Under the pieces are notes generated by a model, which made no database searches, had not been told where the DNA came from, and was given only the letters and a program-made list of their open reading frames with translations. This document shows positions 1 through 7,727 of a stretch of 16,345 nucleotides of DNA, piece after piece. The translations under genes and the position numbers were made by a program. This stretch comes from Candidatus Sumerlaeia bacterium (GTDB lineage: Bacteria > Sumerlaeota > Sumerlaeia > SLMS01). The DNA is taken from positions 1 through 16,345 of the forward strand of contig JBBQYG010000087.1 of assembly GCA_038208905.1 (NCBI GenBank). Direction: 5' to 3'. Positions within the stretch are counted from its first letter, which is position 1; every line of letters begins with the position of its first letter.

Positions 1-268
1 AGGTGGAAATCGTGGTGCTGCCTACTCGGCCTCGGAGATTCGCTCCCGTCATCTCCATTGCATGTGAATATAGACACCTTGTGGCGCGAGGAAAACCATT
101 GGGAAAGAGAGGTCCCTGAACAATGGACTCTGCCGCCAAGAAGCTTGATTCACGCATTTGATGGGCCGGAAGTGGGAGTCTCCATCTGTGAAATCTATGG
201 ATGCTTCCTCTTGTGCAGCCCACGCGGATCATGATCGCGAAAGTAGGAATATGCCATCGCAACATCCC

Positions 269-292
269 AAGCAGCAGATCATTTCCAGGCAT
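269..292 (-). pseudogene. Possible N-terminal remnant of a VapC/PIN toxin gene
   Basis: ATG at 292 overlaps the antitoxin 3' end and reads MPGNDLLL, like a PIN first strand, but Gly follows where the Asp of LLDTN is expected and nothing downstream is PIN-like. Confidence 0.3.
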
Positions 293-509
293 CGGGCTCT
301 ACTCGGCCAAACGCTTCCTCGATATCCCGCTCCATCTGATCCAATTCATCGGCGGGAATGCAGCCAATCAGATGCGCAAAGCGCGTGCTGCCATCGGTGA
401 CAGGGGCCCCCTCCGAAAGCTGAAGCTCGGCGCGTGATCCTTCCGGAAGCACCAGCAGCTCCTCCGGCCTCAGAACGCCGTGCTCGAAGATGGCATGGAT
501 CATTTTCAT
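279..509 (-). CDS. DUF104 / AF2212-like antitoxin family protein
   Basis: 76 aa; N-terminal IHAIFEHGVLRPEELLVLPEGSRAEL fits the family pattern (AxxExGVLxP...LPEG); C-terminal acidic helix ending EPDAWK; AAGGAG Shine-Dalgarno just upstream of the ATG. Confidence 0.75.
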   Translation of the reverse strand: MKMIHAIFEHGVLRPEELLVLPEGSRAELQLSEGAPVTDGSTRFAHLIGCIPADELDQMERDIEEAFGRVEPDAWK

Positions 510-571
510 ACGTTCGCTCCTTGAACGCAGGCAACACCATGATCAGATCGTTGGCAATCCCGATCCGTGCC

Positions 572-1174
572 CTACGGCTCCGCCCACTCGCCCTTCCATT
601 CTCTCCCATCGAACGCAAATCGCGCGCGGCGGTGGCCGGTGCTGGCGAGCCATAGCCAATCGATGAGCACAACGCGGCAGAAGACGGTGGCGAAGTTGAG
701 GTAGCCGGGGGCGCTCTCCTCCGCGGTGGGGGCGCGGTCGATCAGGTGTGGCGGAAGGTTCGGGGAGGGCGCGTCGCTCCGCTCGCCCGGCGCGCTCGGC
801 GCGAGATAGGCGCGTCGGCCAAAGGGCGTGATGCGATCCCACGCGGCGCGTGCGACTTCGTCTTGGTGGTGCAGTGTTGGAACCGACTCGATCCGGAGCT
901 GCGCCTTGGCCGCGGGCGAATAGAAATGCCACGCCACGGCGGACCCGCGCTGCAAGTCCTCCACCTTTGGCGCGCGCCAGTCGGTGTGGAAGACCAGATG
1001 CCGCGTTGCGCGGTCGGCGTGGCGGAGGATCACCGTCCGCTGGGTCGCCATGCGCCCGCGCACGGTGGCGATCGTGGGGGTGTGATGGATGCTGTCGCCC
1101 GAACGCGCGCCTTCCTCGAAGCTGTCCCATGCCGAGGAAAGGATCGCGTCGAGATCGAGCGGCGCGCGTTCCAT
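572..1174 (-). CDS. Pyridoxamine 5'-phosphate oxidase-like FMN-binding protein (Alr4036-like family)
   Basis: Motifs PTIATV, RTVILR, FHTDWRAPK, QLRI, IDWLWL..GHRRARF and C-terminal WAEP. True start is most likely ATG 1174 (MERAPLDL), overlapping the upstream stop as TGATG, not 1336. Confidence 0.85.
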   Translation of the reverse strand: MERAPLDLDAILSSAWDSFEEGARSGDSIHHTPTIATVRGRMATQRTVILRHADRATRHLVFHTDWRAPKVEDLQRGSAVAWHFYSPAAKAQLRIESVPTLHHQDEVARAAWDRITPFGRRAYLAPSAPGERSDAPSPNLPPHLIDRAPTAEESAPGYLNFATVFCRVVLIDWLWLASTGHRRARFAFDGREWKGEWAEP

Positions 1175-2190
1175 CACGTTGTCCGCTTCAGCATGTGGTC
1201 CGTCGCCGCTTCGAGCACCGAGCTCAGCTTCGCCGGAAGCGCTGCGAGCGAGTCCACCGCTTGATTCTGCAACGTCGCGCAGTAATCCTCGGCCCGCGTC
1301 ATTGCGCCGGAGCGCTGGAACAGGTCCACGGCCCACGCCACGTCGGCGTCGGTGGTCTGCTCGCGCGGCCGGTCGAGAATGTCGTATAGACGTTCGCGGT
1401 CAACGGGAGCGCAGGTCTCCAGCGCGGCGGCGACGAGGTAGCTGCGTTTCCCTTCGCGGATGTCATTCCCCGTGTGGCCGCGGCCCTTGCCGGTGGTCAG
1501 GTCGATGATATCGTCCTTCACCTGAAACAGCGGACCCAGCGCGCGGCCATAGTCGGAGAGCGCGTCCAGCGTGCCGATTCCCGCGCCGGCAATCATGGCG
1601 CCGCCAAGGATCGGCGCGGCGAGGTAGGAACCCGTCTTCATCGCGACCGTGCGCTCATACTCGCGGAGCGTATAGCTGCGCGACTCGCGGGCGGAGATGT
1701 CGAGTGCCTGCCCGCCGAAGAGGTTCTCCAGCGTGCGGTCGAGCTGTTCGATCAGGCGGTGCCGCGTGTCGGCGTCGTTCTCCGGGTCCTCGTGGATCAG
1801 GATGAACACGCGGGAGAGCATGTAGTCGCCGATGTTGATCCCATGCGCCAGGCCGTGGACGAGGTGGGTGCAAGGCCGCCCCCGGCGCACCGTGTCGCCG
1901 TCCTCGATGTCGTCATGGACGAGGGCGAAGTTGTGAAGCATCTCGATGGCGCAGGCGAATCGCATCGCGCGGCGGATCGGGACGCCAAGCGCCTCCGCCG
2001 TGGCGAGGCACAGCACCGGGCGCAGCCGCTTCCCGCGCACCTTGCGGTCCTCGCTGTCGAGGCCGAGCGCATACGCCATCCCATCGTGCAGATTCGGAAT
2101 CGGGCGCCTAACCATGATCAGCCGCGCCAGTTCCTCGTCCACGAGGAGGGAGAATTGATCGACTTTCTCTGCGAAGGTTTCGGGGGTCAT
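1174..2190 (-). CDS. Short-chain trans-polyprenyl diphosphate synthase (GGPP/FPP synthase, IdsA-like)
   Basis: GKRLRP, first Asp-rich motif HNFALVHDDIEDGDTVRRG, GQALD, KTG, second Asp-rich motif FQVKDDIID, DIREGK. Start set at ATG 2190 (MTPETF), preceded by AAGGA. Confidence 0.93.
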   Translation of the reverse strand: MTPETFAEKVDQFSLLVDEELARLIMVRRPIPNLHDGMAYALGLDSEDRKVRGKRLRPVLCLATAEALGVPIRRAMRFACAIEMLHNFALVHDDIEDGDTVRRGRPCTHLVHGLAHGINIGDYMLSRVFILIHEDPENDADTRHRLIEQLDRTLENLFGGQALDISARESRSYTLREYERTVAMKTGSYLAAPILGGAMIAGAGIGTLDALSDYGRALGPLFQVKDDIIDLTTGKGRGHTGNDIREGKRSYLVAAALETCAPVDRERLYDILDRPREQTTDADVAWAVDLFQRSGAMTRAEDYCATLQNQAVDSLAALPAKLSSVLEAATDHMLKRTT

Positions 2191-2236
2191 GGGCGAATCC
2201 TTTTTGCCGGGGGCGGCGGTGGGCAAGCGCCGATGC

Positions 2237-2905
2237 TCAGTGCCCGGTGGCGCGCATCTTCAGGCGGCTCCACATCCCGCTGACGCCGGGCTTCCACGGG
2301 GCGGACTCCCCCGCCATCAGCGCGGCGCCGAGTTCCGCGAGGGTGGCGATCGGCCGCGCCAACACCGTTCCGCCACCGCCGATGTCTGCCGGATGGTGGG
2401 CGTCGCTTCCGCCAGTGGCAGCGCCGCCGACGCGTTCCCACAACTCGCGCGCGCGCCGATTCGCTGCCTCGCCGTGGCGCCCGTTCCAGACCTCGATCCC
2501 CGCCACGGGAAAACTCTCCACTTGGGCGCCGAATCCGATGCGTGGCACGGCGGGATGCGGGGCGATGCAGAATCCATTCGCCTCGCGCGCCAGGCGAAAA
2601 ACTTCCATCGGGCTCGTGTCGTCGGGTATCGGCGCGACGGGGCCATACACCAGCAGGTCGCCCGTCGTCACGCCGTCGAGGGCCGTGCGGACCTCCTGGC
2701 CGGAAAGCACTACGAAGTCCGGAGCAAGCGCCGCGCTCGCTCTCAGCGCCTGTAACTCCTCCGCGGGCCAGCAGTAGTTGTGATCCGTGAACACCACGCC
2801 GCCGAAACCAAGCGCGTATAGACGCGCCGCCAGATCCGCCGCGGGAATGCGCCCGTCATAGCTGTGCTCCGCCGTGTGGCAGTGCGGGTCGATCAGCCAG
2901 CTCAC
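2237..2905 (-). CDS. PHP-domain metal-dependent phosphoesterase
   Basis: PHP metal ligands DPHCHT, DG, TDHN, GQE, APHP, IEVWNG, GGSDAH; GTG start overlaps the wzc stop (GTGA). Confidence 0.88.
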   Translation of the reverse strand: MSWLIDPHCHTAEHSYDGRIPAADLAARLYALGFGGVVFTDHNYCWPAEELQALRASAALAPDFVVLSGQEVRTALDGVTTGDLLVYGPVAPIPDDTSPMEVFRLAREANGFCIAPHPAVPRIGFGAQVESFPVAGIEVWNGRHGEAANRRARELWERVGGAATGGSDAHHPADIGGGGTVLARPIATLAELGAALMAGESAPWKPGVSGMWSRLKMRATGH

Positions 2906-5160
2906 TCGGTCTTCACCGTATATCCATGCTTCACGCCATAGCCATAGGCTTCCATCCCAACGCCCTCGCCGACCGTGCGCGCGCGCGAGTTGTAGATCAC
3001 GCCGAGGATGTGTGCCTGAAGGCCATCGAGCGTCGAGACCACTTTGCCCAGCGCGTCGAAAGGCGTCTTGCCGCGATTCACCACGATGCAGATTCCATCC
3101 GAAATCTTCGTCAGCACCAACGTGTCGGCCATCCCCGTGAGCGGCGCCGAATCGACGATCACCATTGCGTAGCGCCCGCGAAGGGCCTCGACCGTGGCCG
3201 CCATCGCGTCGCTCTCCAGCAGATCCGCCGGAGAGGGCGTCGCATGGCCGGCGGGGATCAGGTCGAGATTCTCAACCCCGGTGGGCACGATGACATCGTC
3301 CAGCTTCTTCTGCCCCGCGATCACATCGGAAAGCCCGGGCATCCGGTCCTTGTGGAACGACTTGTGGGCGACCGGCATCTTGAGGTCGGCGTCCACCAGC
3401 AGGACCTTTCCACCGCGTTGGCTATACGAGATTGCCATGTTGACGGCGACGGTCGATTTCCCCTCCTGCGGGAAGCAACTGCTCACGAGAATCACCTGGG
3501 GTGGGCGCCCGGCGCTTGAGTATTGCAGCGCCGTGCGCAGCACGCGGAACGATTCCGCCTCGGTGGATTTCGGATCGAAGTCGCTGAGCAGCGGCGAGTG
3601 CCCCGCGCGCCGCCGCGCGAAGAGCTTTCCAGGCAGCTTCAAATGCGGAATCATCCCCAGCGTGGGCAGGCCGAGCCGCGCCTCCACCATCTTGGGATCC
3701 TTGATCGAGCGATCAAGCTTGTGAATCAGCAGCACCATGCCCACGCCGAGCGAGAAGCCGAAGAGGCTGAACAGCATCAGCGTCCGCATCACCTTGGGCG
3801 AACTGGCGAACTCAGGGATCGGCGCGCGGCTCATCAACGTCACATTGGATGGATCGAGGTCCGCCGAGACGTCGATCTTCTTGGACTGATCGAGGAGCGA
3901 CGTGAATATCTGCTGCGTCGAGTCGACCTCGCGCTGGTACGCGCGGAACTCGATCAGGTCCTTCTGCATCGCCTGCATGGAGGTTTCCTGCTCCGACAGC
4001 CGCTCCTCCAGCGAGGCGAGACGGAAGCGGGCGATCTGCTCCCTCGCGGATACCTCCGCCTTGAGCTTCGTGGCCATCTCGCCCTGCTGCGCCGTGAGCA
4101 CTTCGATCTCGCGATCAATCTTTCGGACCGACGGGTGGCGCACGGTGTTCTCCGCGACAAGCGTGAATCGCTGGAGCCGCAGTTCGTTCAGCCGCGCGTT
4201 CACCGCTGTATAGACAGCGTCCTCCTCCAGCAGCGCCGCCAGCAGCCCTGTATCGTCCGCCGCCTTGCTCTCCGCCTCGTACCGGGCGATCTCGTTCCGG
4301 GTTTCCTCCAGCGCCAGCGTCAGGTTCTTCATCGTGTCGTTGGCGATTTCATAGTTCTGCTGCAGCACGCGGATGTCCGACTGCCCCTGATACTCGAAGA
4401 GCGCGCGCTCCGCATCCAGCAGACGCCCGCGCTTCTCCGTCAGCTGGTCCTCGAACCATTTGGAGGCCAGGCGATAGGTGTTGGTCTTGTCCTCGAGCAG
4501 GCTAAGGATGAACTGATTGCAGAACTCATCCGCGATGCGCGCCGCGCGGGACTGGTTGGTGTCAAACACCGCGATCTCGATCAGCTTTGTGTCGCGGATC
4601 TGGGAGACCTCTATGTGCGCGCGAAGGTGCTCTTCCTGGCGCTGGCGCGTGGCGACCTCCGGATCGATGGCCTCTGGCTCGAACGTCACCAGCCGCGACC
4701 GCACGGCCTCCCAAGCTCCGCCGATGCCCGATTTCAATCGCGCTAGCGGCGACGCGGCGCCCGGCTCCGCCGTTGGCACCGGCGCGCCGGATCCATAAAG
4801 CCCCAGCGAGTCGATCACGCGGCGCGCGAGACGGGGGCTGCGGATTACCTCGATCTGCGTGCGGATTTCCTCCGTCAGCTTGGTGCGGCCCTCGATCTCC
4901 GTGAAGTTCACAATCTGGAGGCCCACGGGATCGTATCTGATCGTGGCCGTGGACGAGTACACGGGATCGGAATTGCGGAGCTGCAACGCGCCCAGCAGCA
5001 GGAACCCCAGCGTGGTCACCGCGATCAGCCATTTGCGATAGAGCAGCACATGCAGGTACTGGCGAAAGTCGATCGACTCGTCGGCCTCGGGATCGATCAC
5101 CAGTTCCGTGCGGCGCGCGCGCGAATCGTCCTGGGGGCTGTTGGCTGCGTCTCTCCTCAA
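2902..5160 (-). CDS. wzc: Polysaccharide co-polymerase / BY tyrosine kinase (Wzc/GumC family)
   Basis: IDFRQYLHVL..RKW Wzz-type start, two TM helices around a long coiled-coil periplasmic region, ESFRVLRT, Walker A PQEGKST, A' VLLVDAD, B VIVDSAP, tail AYGYGVKHGY. Start uncertain: TTG 5160 (after GAGG) preferred, ATG 5205 possible; 5298 overlaps wza too far. Confidence 0.93.
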   Translation of the reverse strand: MRRDAANSPQDDSRARRTELVIDPEADESIDFRQYLHVLLYRKWLIAVTTLGFLLLGALQLRNSDPVYSSTATIRYDPVGLQIVNFTEIEGRTKLTEEIRTQIEVIRSPRLARRVIDSLGLYGSGAPVPTAEPGAASPLARLKSGIGGAWEAVRSRLVTFEPEAIDPEVATRQRQEEHLRAHIEVSQIRDTKLIEIAVFDTNQSRAARIADEFCNQFILSLLEDKTNTYRLASKWFEDQLTEKRGRLLDAERALFEYQGQSDIRVLQQNYEIANDTMKNLTLALEETRNEIARYEAESKAADDTGLLAALLEEDAVYTAVNARLNELRLQRFTLVAENTVRHPSVRKIDREIEVLTAQQGEMATKLKAEVSAREQIARFRLASLEERLSEQETSMQAMQKDLIEFRAYQREVDSTQQIFTSLLDQSKKIDVSADLDPSNVTLMSRAPIPEFASSPKVMRTLMLFSLFGFSLGVGMVLLIHKLDRSIKDPKMVEARLGLPTLGMIPHLKLPGKLFARRRAGHSPLLSDFDPKSTEAESFRVLRTALQYSSAGRPPQVILVSSCFPQEGKSTVAVNMAISYSQRGGKVLLVDADLKMPVAHKSFHKDRMPGLSDVIAGQKKLDDVIVPTGVENLDLIPAGHATPSPADLLESDAMAATVEALRGRYAMVIVDSAPLTGMADTLVLTKISDGICIVVNRGKTPFDALGKVVSTLDGLQAHILGVIYNSRARTVGEGVGMEAYGYGVKHGYTVKTE

Positions 5161-5176
5161 GTTGTGCCTCGGGTCG

Positions 5177-6313
5177 CTACGGCGAGATGGGGTTGTAGGT
5201 TGCATTGGCGCCAGCGCGAACGGAGCCGCTGAAGATCTCGCCGATGGTTTCGAGCGGCGCCCTTGTCGGATGACGGAACGCGATGACGATATCGCCATCG
5301 CGAAGCAGGAAATCGGGAATGCGCCGCTCCATGATGCGCCGCGCGTTTAGGAAATACGAAATCGGCTCGCCGCCCGGCTGGGGGCGGACGATCTCGACCC
5401 GGGACGCGGCGCCCCATTTCAGGCCACCCTTCTCCGTCAGCACGCCGCCCAGCGTCCGGAGGCTGGGCCCAAGGAAAACCACTCCCGAGTGGTTCAGGTG
5501 TCCCTGCACCAGCACAGTTCCCGCGGGCGGTATATACACGATATCGTTGGGTTGCAGCGGGATGTTGTAGGCAAGCTGGCCCGCGTTGATGAAATCCTCG
5601 ATGGGCACCACGATTTCCTCGCGCGGCGCGATGCGGTCCTCCTCCTGAAGGCGCTCCAGAAGCTGCTCCATGGATAGATTCGATTTCTCCCGCGGCGTCA
5701 CCTTGTCGCGATAGACCTTCACATAGCGCCCCGGTGGCGGCCCGCCGGTGTCCCGGCCAAACGTCAGGCCCCCGGCGCGAAAGATCGCGTCCATCAGCGT
5801 CGATCCGAAATCCATCGGATACCGCCCCGGAACCTTCACGGAACCCAGCACCGTGACCTGGTTGTAGTTGTACTCCTCGATCACCACGATGGGCTCGGGA
5901 TCGTTGACAAAGACGGAAAAGGCCGTCTTGAGGTCTGCCTGCAACTCCCCCGCCGTCTTTCCGTGGACCTTGATGGCGCCGATGAAGGGGAGCGTGATCA
6001 GGGGATTCTCCGTCACGGTGATGCGCATGCGCTCGGGGCCCTCGGCGGTCGAGCCAAACACGTCGGGCCGCCCCACCAGCGCCAGAGAGACGATGTCCCC
6101 GGGCCCGATGTAGTAGTCGCGCGCCGCGCCAAGCTGCAACTCCGGCGACCGCAGCAGCCGGTCGATGCGCGACTGCACGGCCTCGCGCTCGGGATCCTCC
6201 GGTGGCGGGATGAAGGCGCTGTTAGGGCCGCGCGTGCCACAGCCAAATAGAATCACCGCGAGCGCCATCGGCGCCCACCGCCACCAATATGTTCCGGGAA
6301 ATGCCGTCGTCAT
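5177..6313 (-). CDS. wza: Polysaccharide export lipoprotein (Wza/OPX family, Poly_export + SLBB domains)
   Basis: Lipobox ILFGC; YYIGPGDIV, ITLPFIGAIKVHGKT, VTVLGSVKVPGRY, AIFRAGGL, LQPNDIVYIP, LRDGDIV; adjacent to wzc. Confidence 0.9.
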   Translation of the reverse strand: MTTAFPGTYWWRWAPMALAVILFGCGTRGPNSAFIPPPEDPEREAVQSRIDRLLRSPELQLGAARDYYIGPGDIVSLALVGRPDVFGSTAEGPERMRITVTENPLITLPFIGAIKVHGKTAGELQADLKTAFSVFVNDPEPIVVIEEYNYNQVTVLGSVKVPGRYPMDFGSTLMDAIFRAGGLTFGRDTGGPPPGRYVKVYRDKVTPREKSNLSMEQLLERLQEEDRIAPREEIVVPIEDFINAGQLAYNIPLQPNDIVYIPPAGTVLVQGHLNHSGVVFLGPSLRTLGGVLTEKGGLKWGAASRVEIVRPQPGGEPISYFLNARRIMERRIPDFLLRDGDIVIAFRHPTRAPLETIGEIFSGSVRAGANATYNPISP

Positions 6314-6317
6314 GTAC

Positions 6318-7727
6318 TCACCGCGTCAGATTGACTTTGAGTGTCCCCGATTGCACCACCAAGGCAACCAGAGTCAGCACCATGAACCCCGTCAGCGGGA
6401 TCCTGAGGTGGAAATCCGTTGCCGCGTGCAGCAGCGCCGTCGCCAACCCCGCCAGGCACGCCCGGTACAGCATCCGATCCGCGAATCCCGCCAGCGGGCG
6501 CCGAGCGCGGTAATCACGCGTGGCCGAGGCCAGGAACGCGGCTAGCAGCGGCATCAAAACCACCACCCCCGGCACCCCCAGATCGCACACCCACTGGAGC
6601 CAGTCGTTGTGTGACCAGATCGGGATCGTCAACAGGGGGTACTCCGCATAGCGGTTGATCGTGAACTCCACCCCGCCAAGGCCCAGGCCCAACCAGTTGG
6701 TTTCCTGCAGGCCGCGCCAGCTCGCCGCCCAGATGTGCAGTCGCGAGTTCCCGCTCAGCGCATCGTCGTCCATGAGCCGCGCGAAGACTCCCTCGACCAG
6801 CACCGCCGAAAGCGCCGCGCCCATCGCCAGCAACGCCGTCCCAATGGCAAGCGCACCGATGCCCAGGCGGACGTCTCTCTCCCTCCGCCGCCAGCGCCCG
6901 ACCCCCTCGATCGTTACATACACGGCGAGCACCAGAATCGCGATCAGCAGCGAGCTGCGGGAGAACGCCGCAAGCCACCCCAAAGTCGCGGCCACGCCCA
7001 CTCCATAGAGCAGCAGTACCGGATTCGTCCCGCCCAGCAGGTCCTCCGAGAAGCGCGCGTTCAGCCGACGCCACTGCACCAGCCCCGCAAAGCAGAGCGG
7101 CAATCCCATCAGCACCGTCGCCGCGTGATGGTTGGGATTGAACACGGCACCGCGCGCGCGGGGCAGGCCCCACGCGAGGAATTGAAAGAGGCCCACGATC
7201 CCCTCCGCCACGGCGGCGACGGCAACCATCGAAACGAGTGCGACGGCACCGCTCCTGCGCGAGGCCAGCGGCACGATTCCGATGAAGAAGAGCGCCGAGG
7301 CGATGAGCTGATTCAGCGCGCGGCGCGCGTGCTCCGGCGCGATCGCGAGCGTTACCGACTCAGGCGCGGCAATCCCCCCGGCGGCCAGCGAATCGAGGAT
7401 ATCCCGCCACAGCGGCGACAGCTCGCGCGCATGCTCGGGCGCGATCGGGATCAAGTGCAGCGCCCCGCACCCAACCGCCGCCAGCATCAGCGCCGCAAAC
7501 CACCGCGCCGCGTTCCATCGCTCCCCATCGCCGCGGCCCGCCGCCCAGCCGGCGATGCCGAGGCAGCCCAGCGCCGCGCAGGCCAACCACGCGCTCGTTC
7601 TCAGCACCGAATCCGCTGCATATCCCTCCGCGAAGAATGCCCCAGCAAAGAGGGCAGCAACAATCCAAAGCGAGACGCGGTCGCTCAGGATCGCCCACTG
7701 GGAGAGACGGCGCGGCGCGTCACTCAT
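6318..7727 (-). CDS. O-antigen ligase / Wzy_C family polytopic membrane protein
   Basis: Many hydrophobic segments; GAVFNPNH, FSRSS, R..IW, GLGLGG, HNDWLQ..DLG, HAATDFHL. Start set at ATG 7727 (MSDAP), overlapping the upstream stop. Confidence 0.88.
   Translation of the reverse strand: MSDAPRRLSQWAILSDRVSLWIVAALFAGAFFAEGYAADSVLRTSAWLACAALGCLGIAGWAAGRGDGERWNAARWFAALMLAAVGCGALHLIPIAPEHARELSPLWRDILDSLAAGGIAAPESVTLAIAPEHARRALNQLIASALFFIGIVPLASRRSGAVALVSMVAVAAVAEGIVGLFQFLAWGLPRARGAVFNPNHHAATVLMGLPLCFAGLVQWRRLNARFSEDLLGGTNPVLLLYGVGVAATLGWLAAFSRSSLLIAILVLAVYVTIEGVGRWRRRERDVRLGIGALAIGTALLAMGAALSAVLVEGVFARLMDDDALSGNSRLHIWAASWRGLQETNWLGLGLGGVEFTINRYAEYPLLTIPIWSHNDWLQWVCDLGVPGVVVLMPLLAAFLASATRDYRARRPLAGFADRMLYRACLAGLATALLHAATDFHLRIPLTGFMVLTLVALVVQSGTLKVNLTR

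Noticed and set aside
229..282. Short Cys-rich ORF MICCLGCCDGIFLLSRS starting at an ATGA overlap with the antitoxin stop
   Set aside because: Only 17 codons with no recognisable family; chance occurrence is likely.
572..1174. Calling this gene pdxH
   Set aside because: Lacks PdxH signatures such as EFWQG and RLHDR; fits the related FMN-binding family.
1175..1336. N-terminal extensions in the ORF track (1336, 2226, 5298, 7751, 11268)
   Set aside because: They overlap upstream genes or lack family similarity; downstream starts fit coupling or RBS evidence better.
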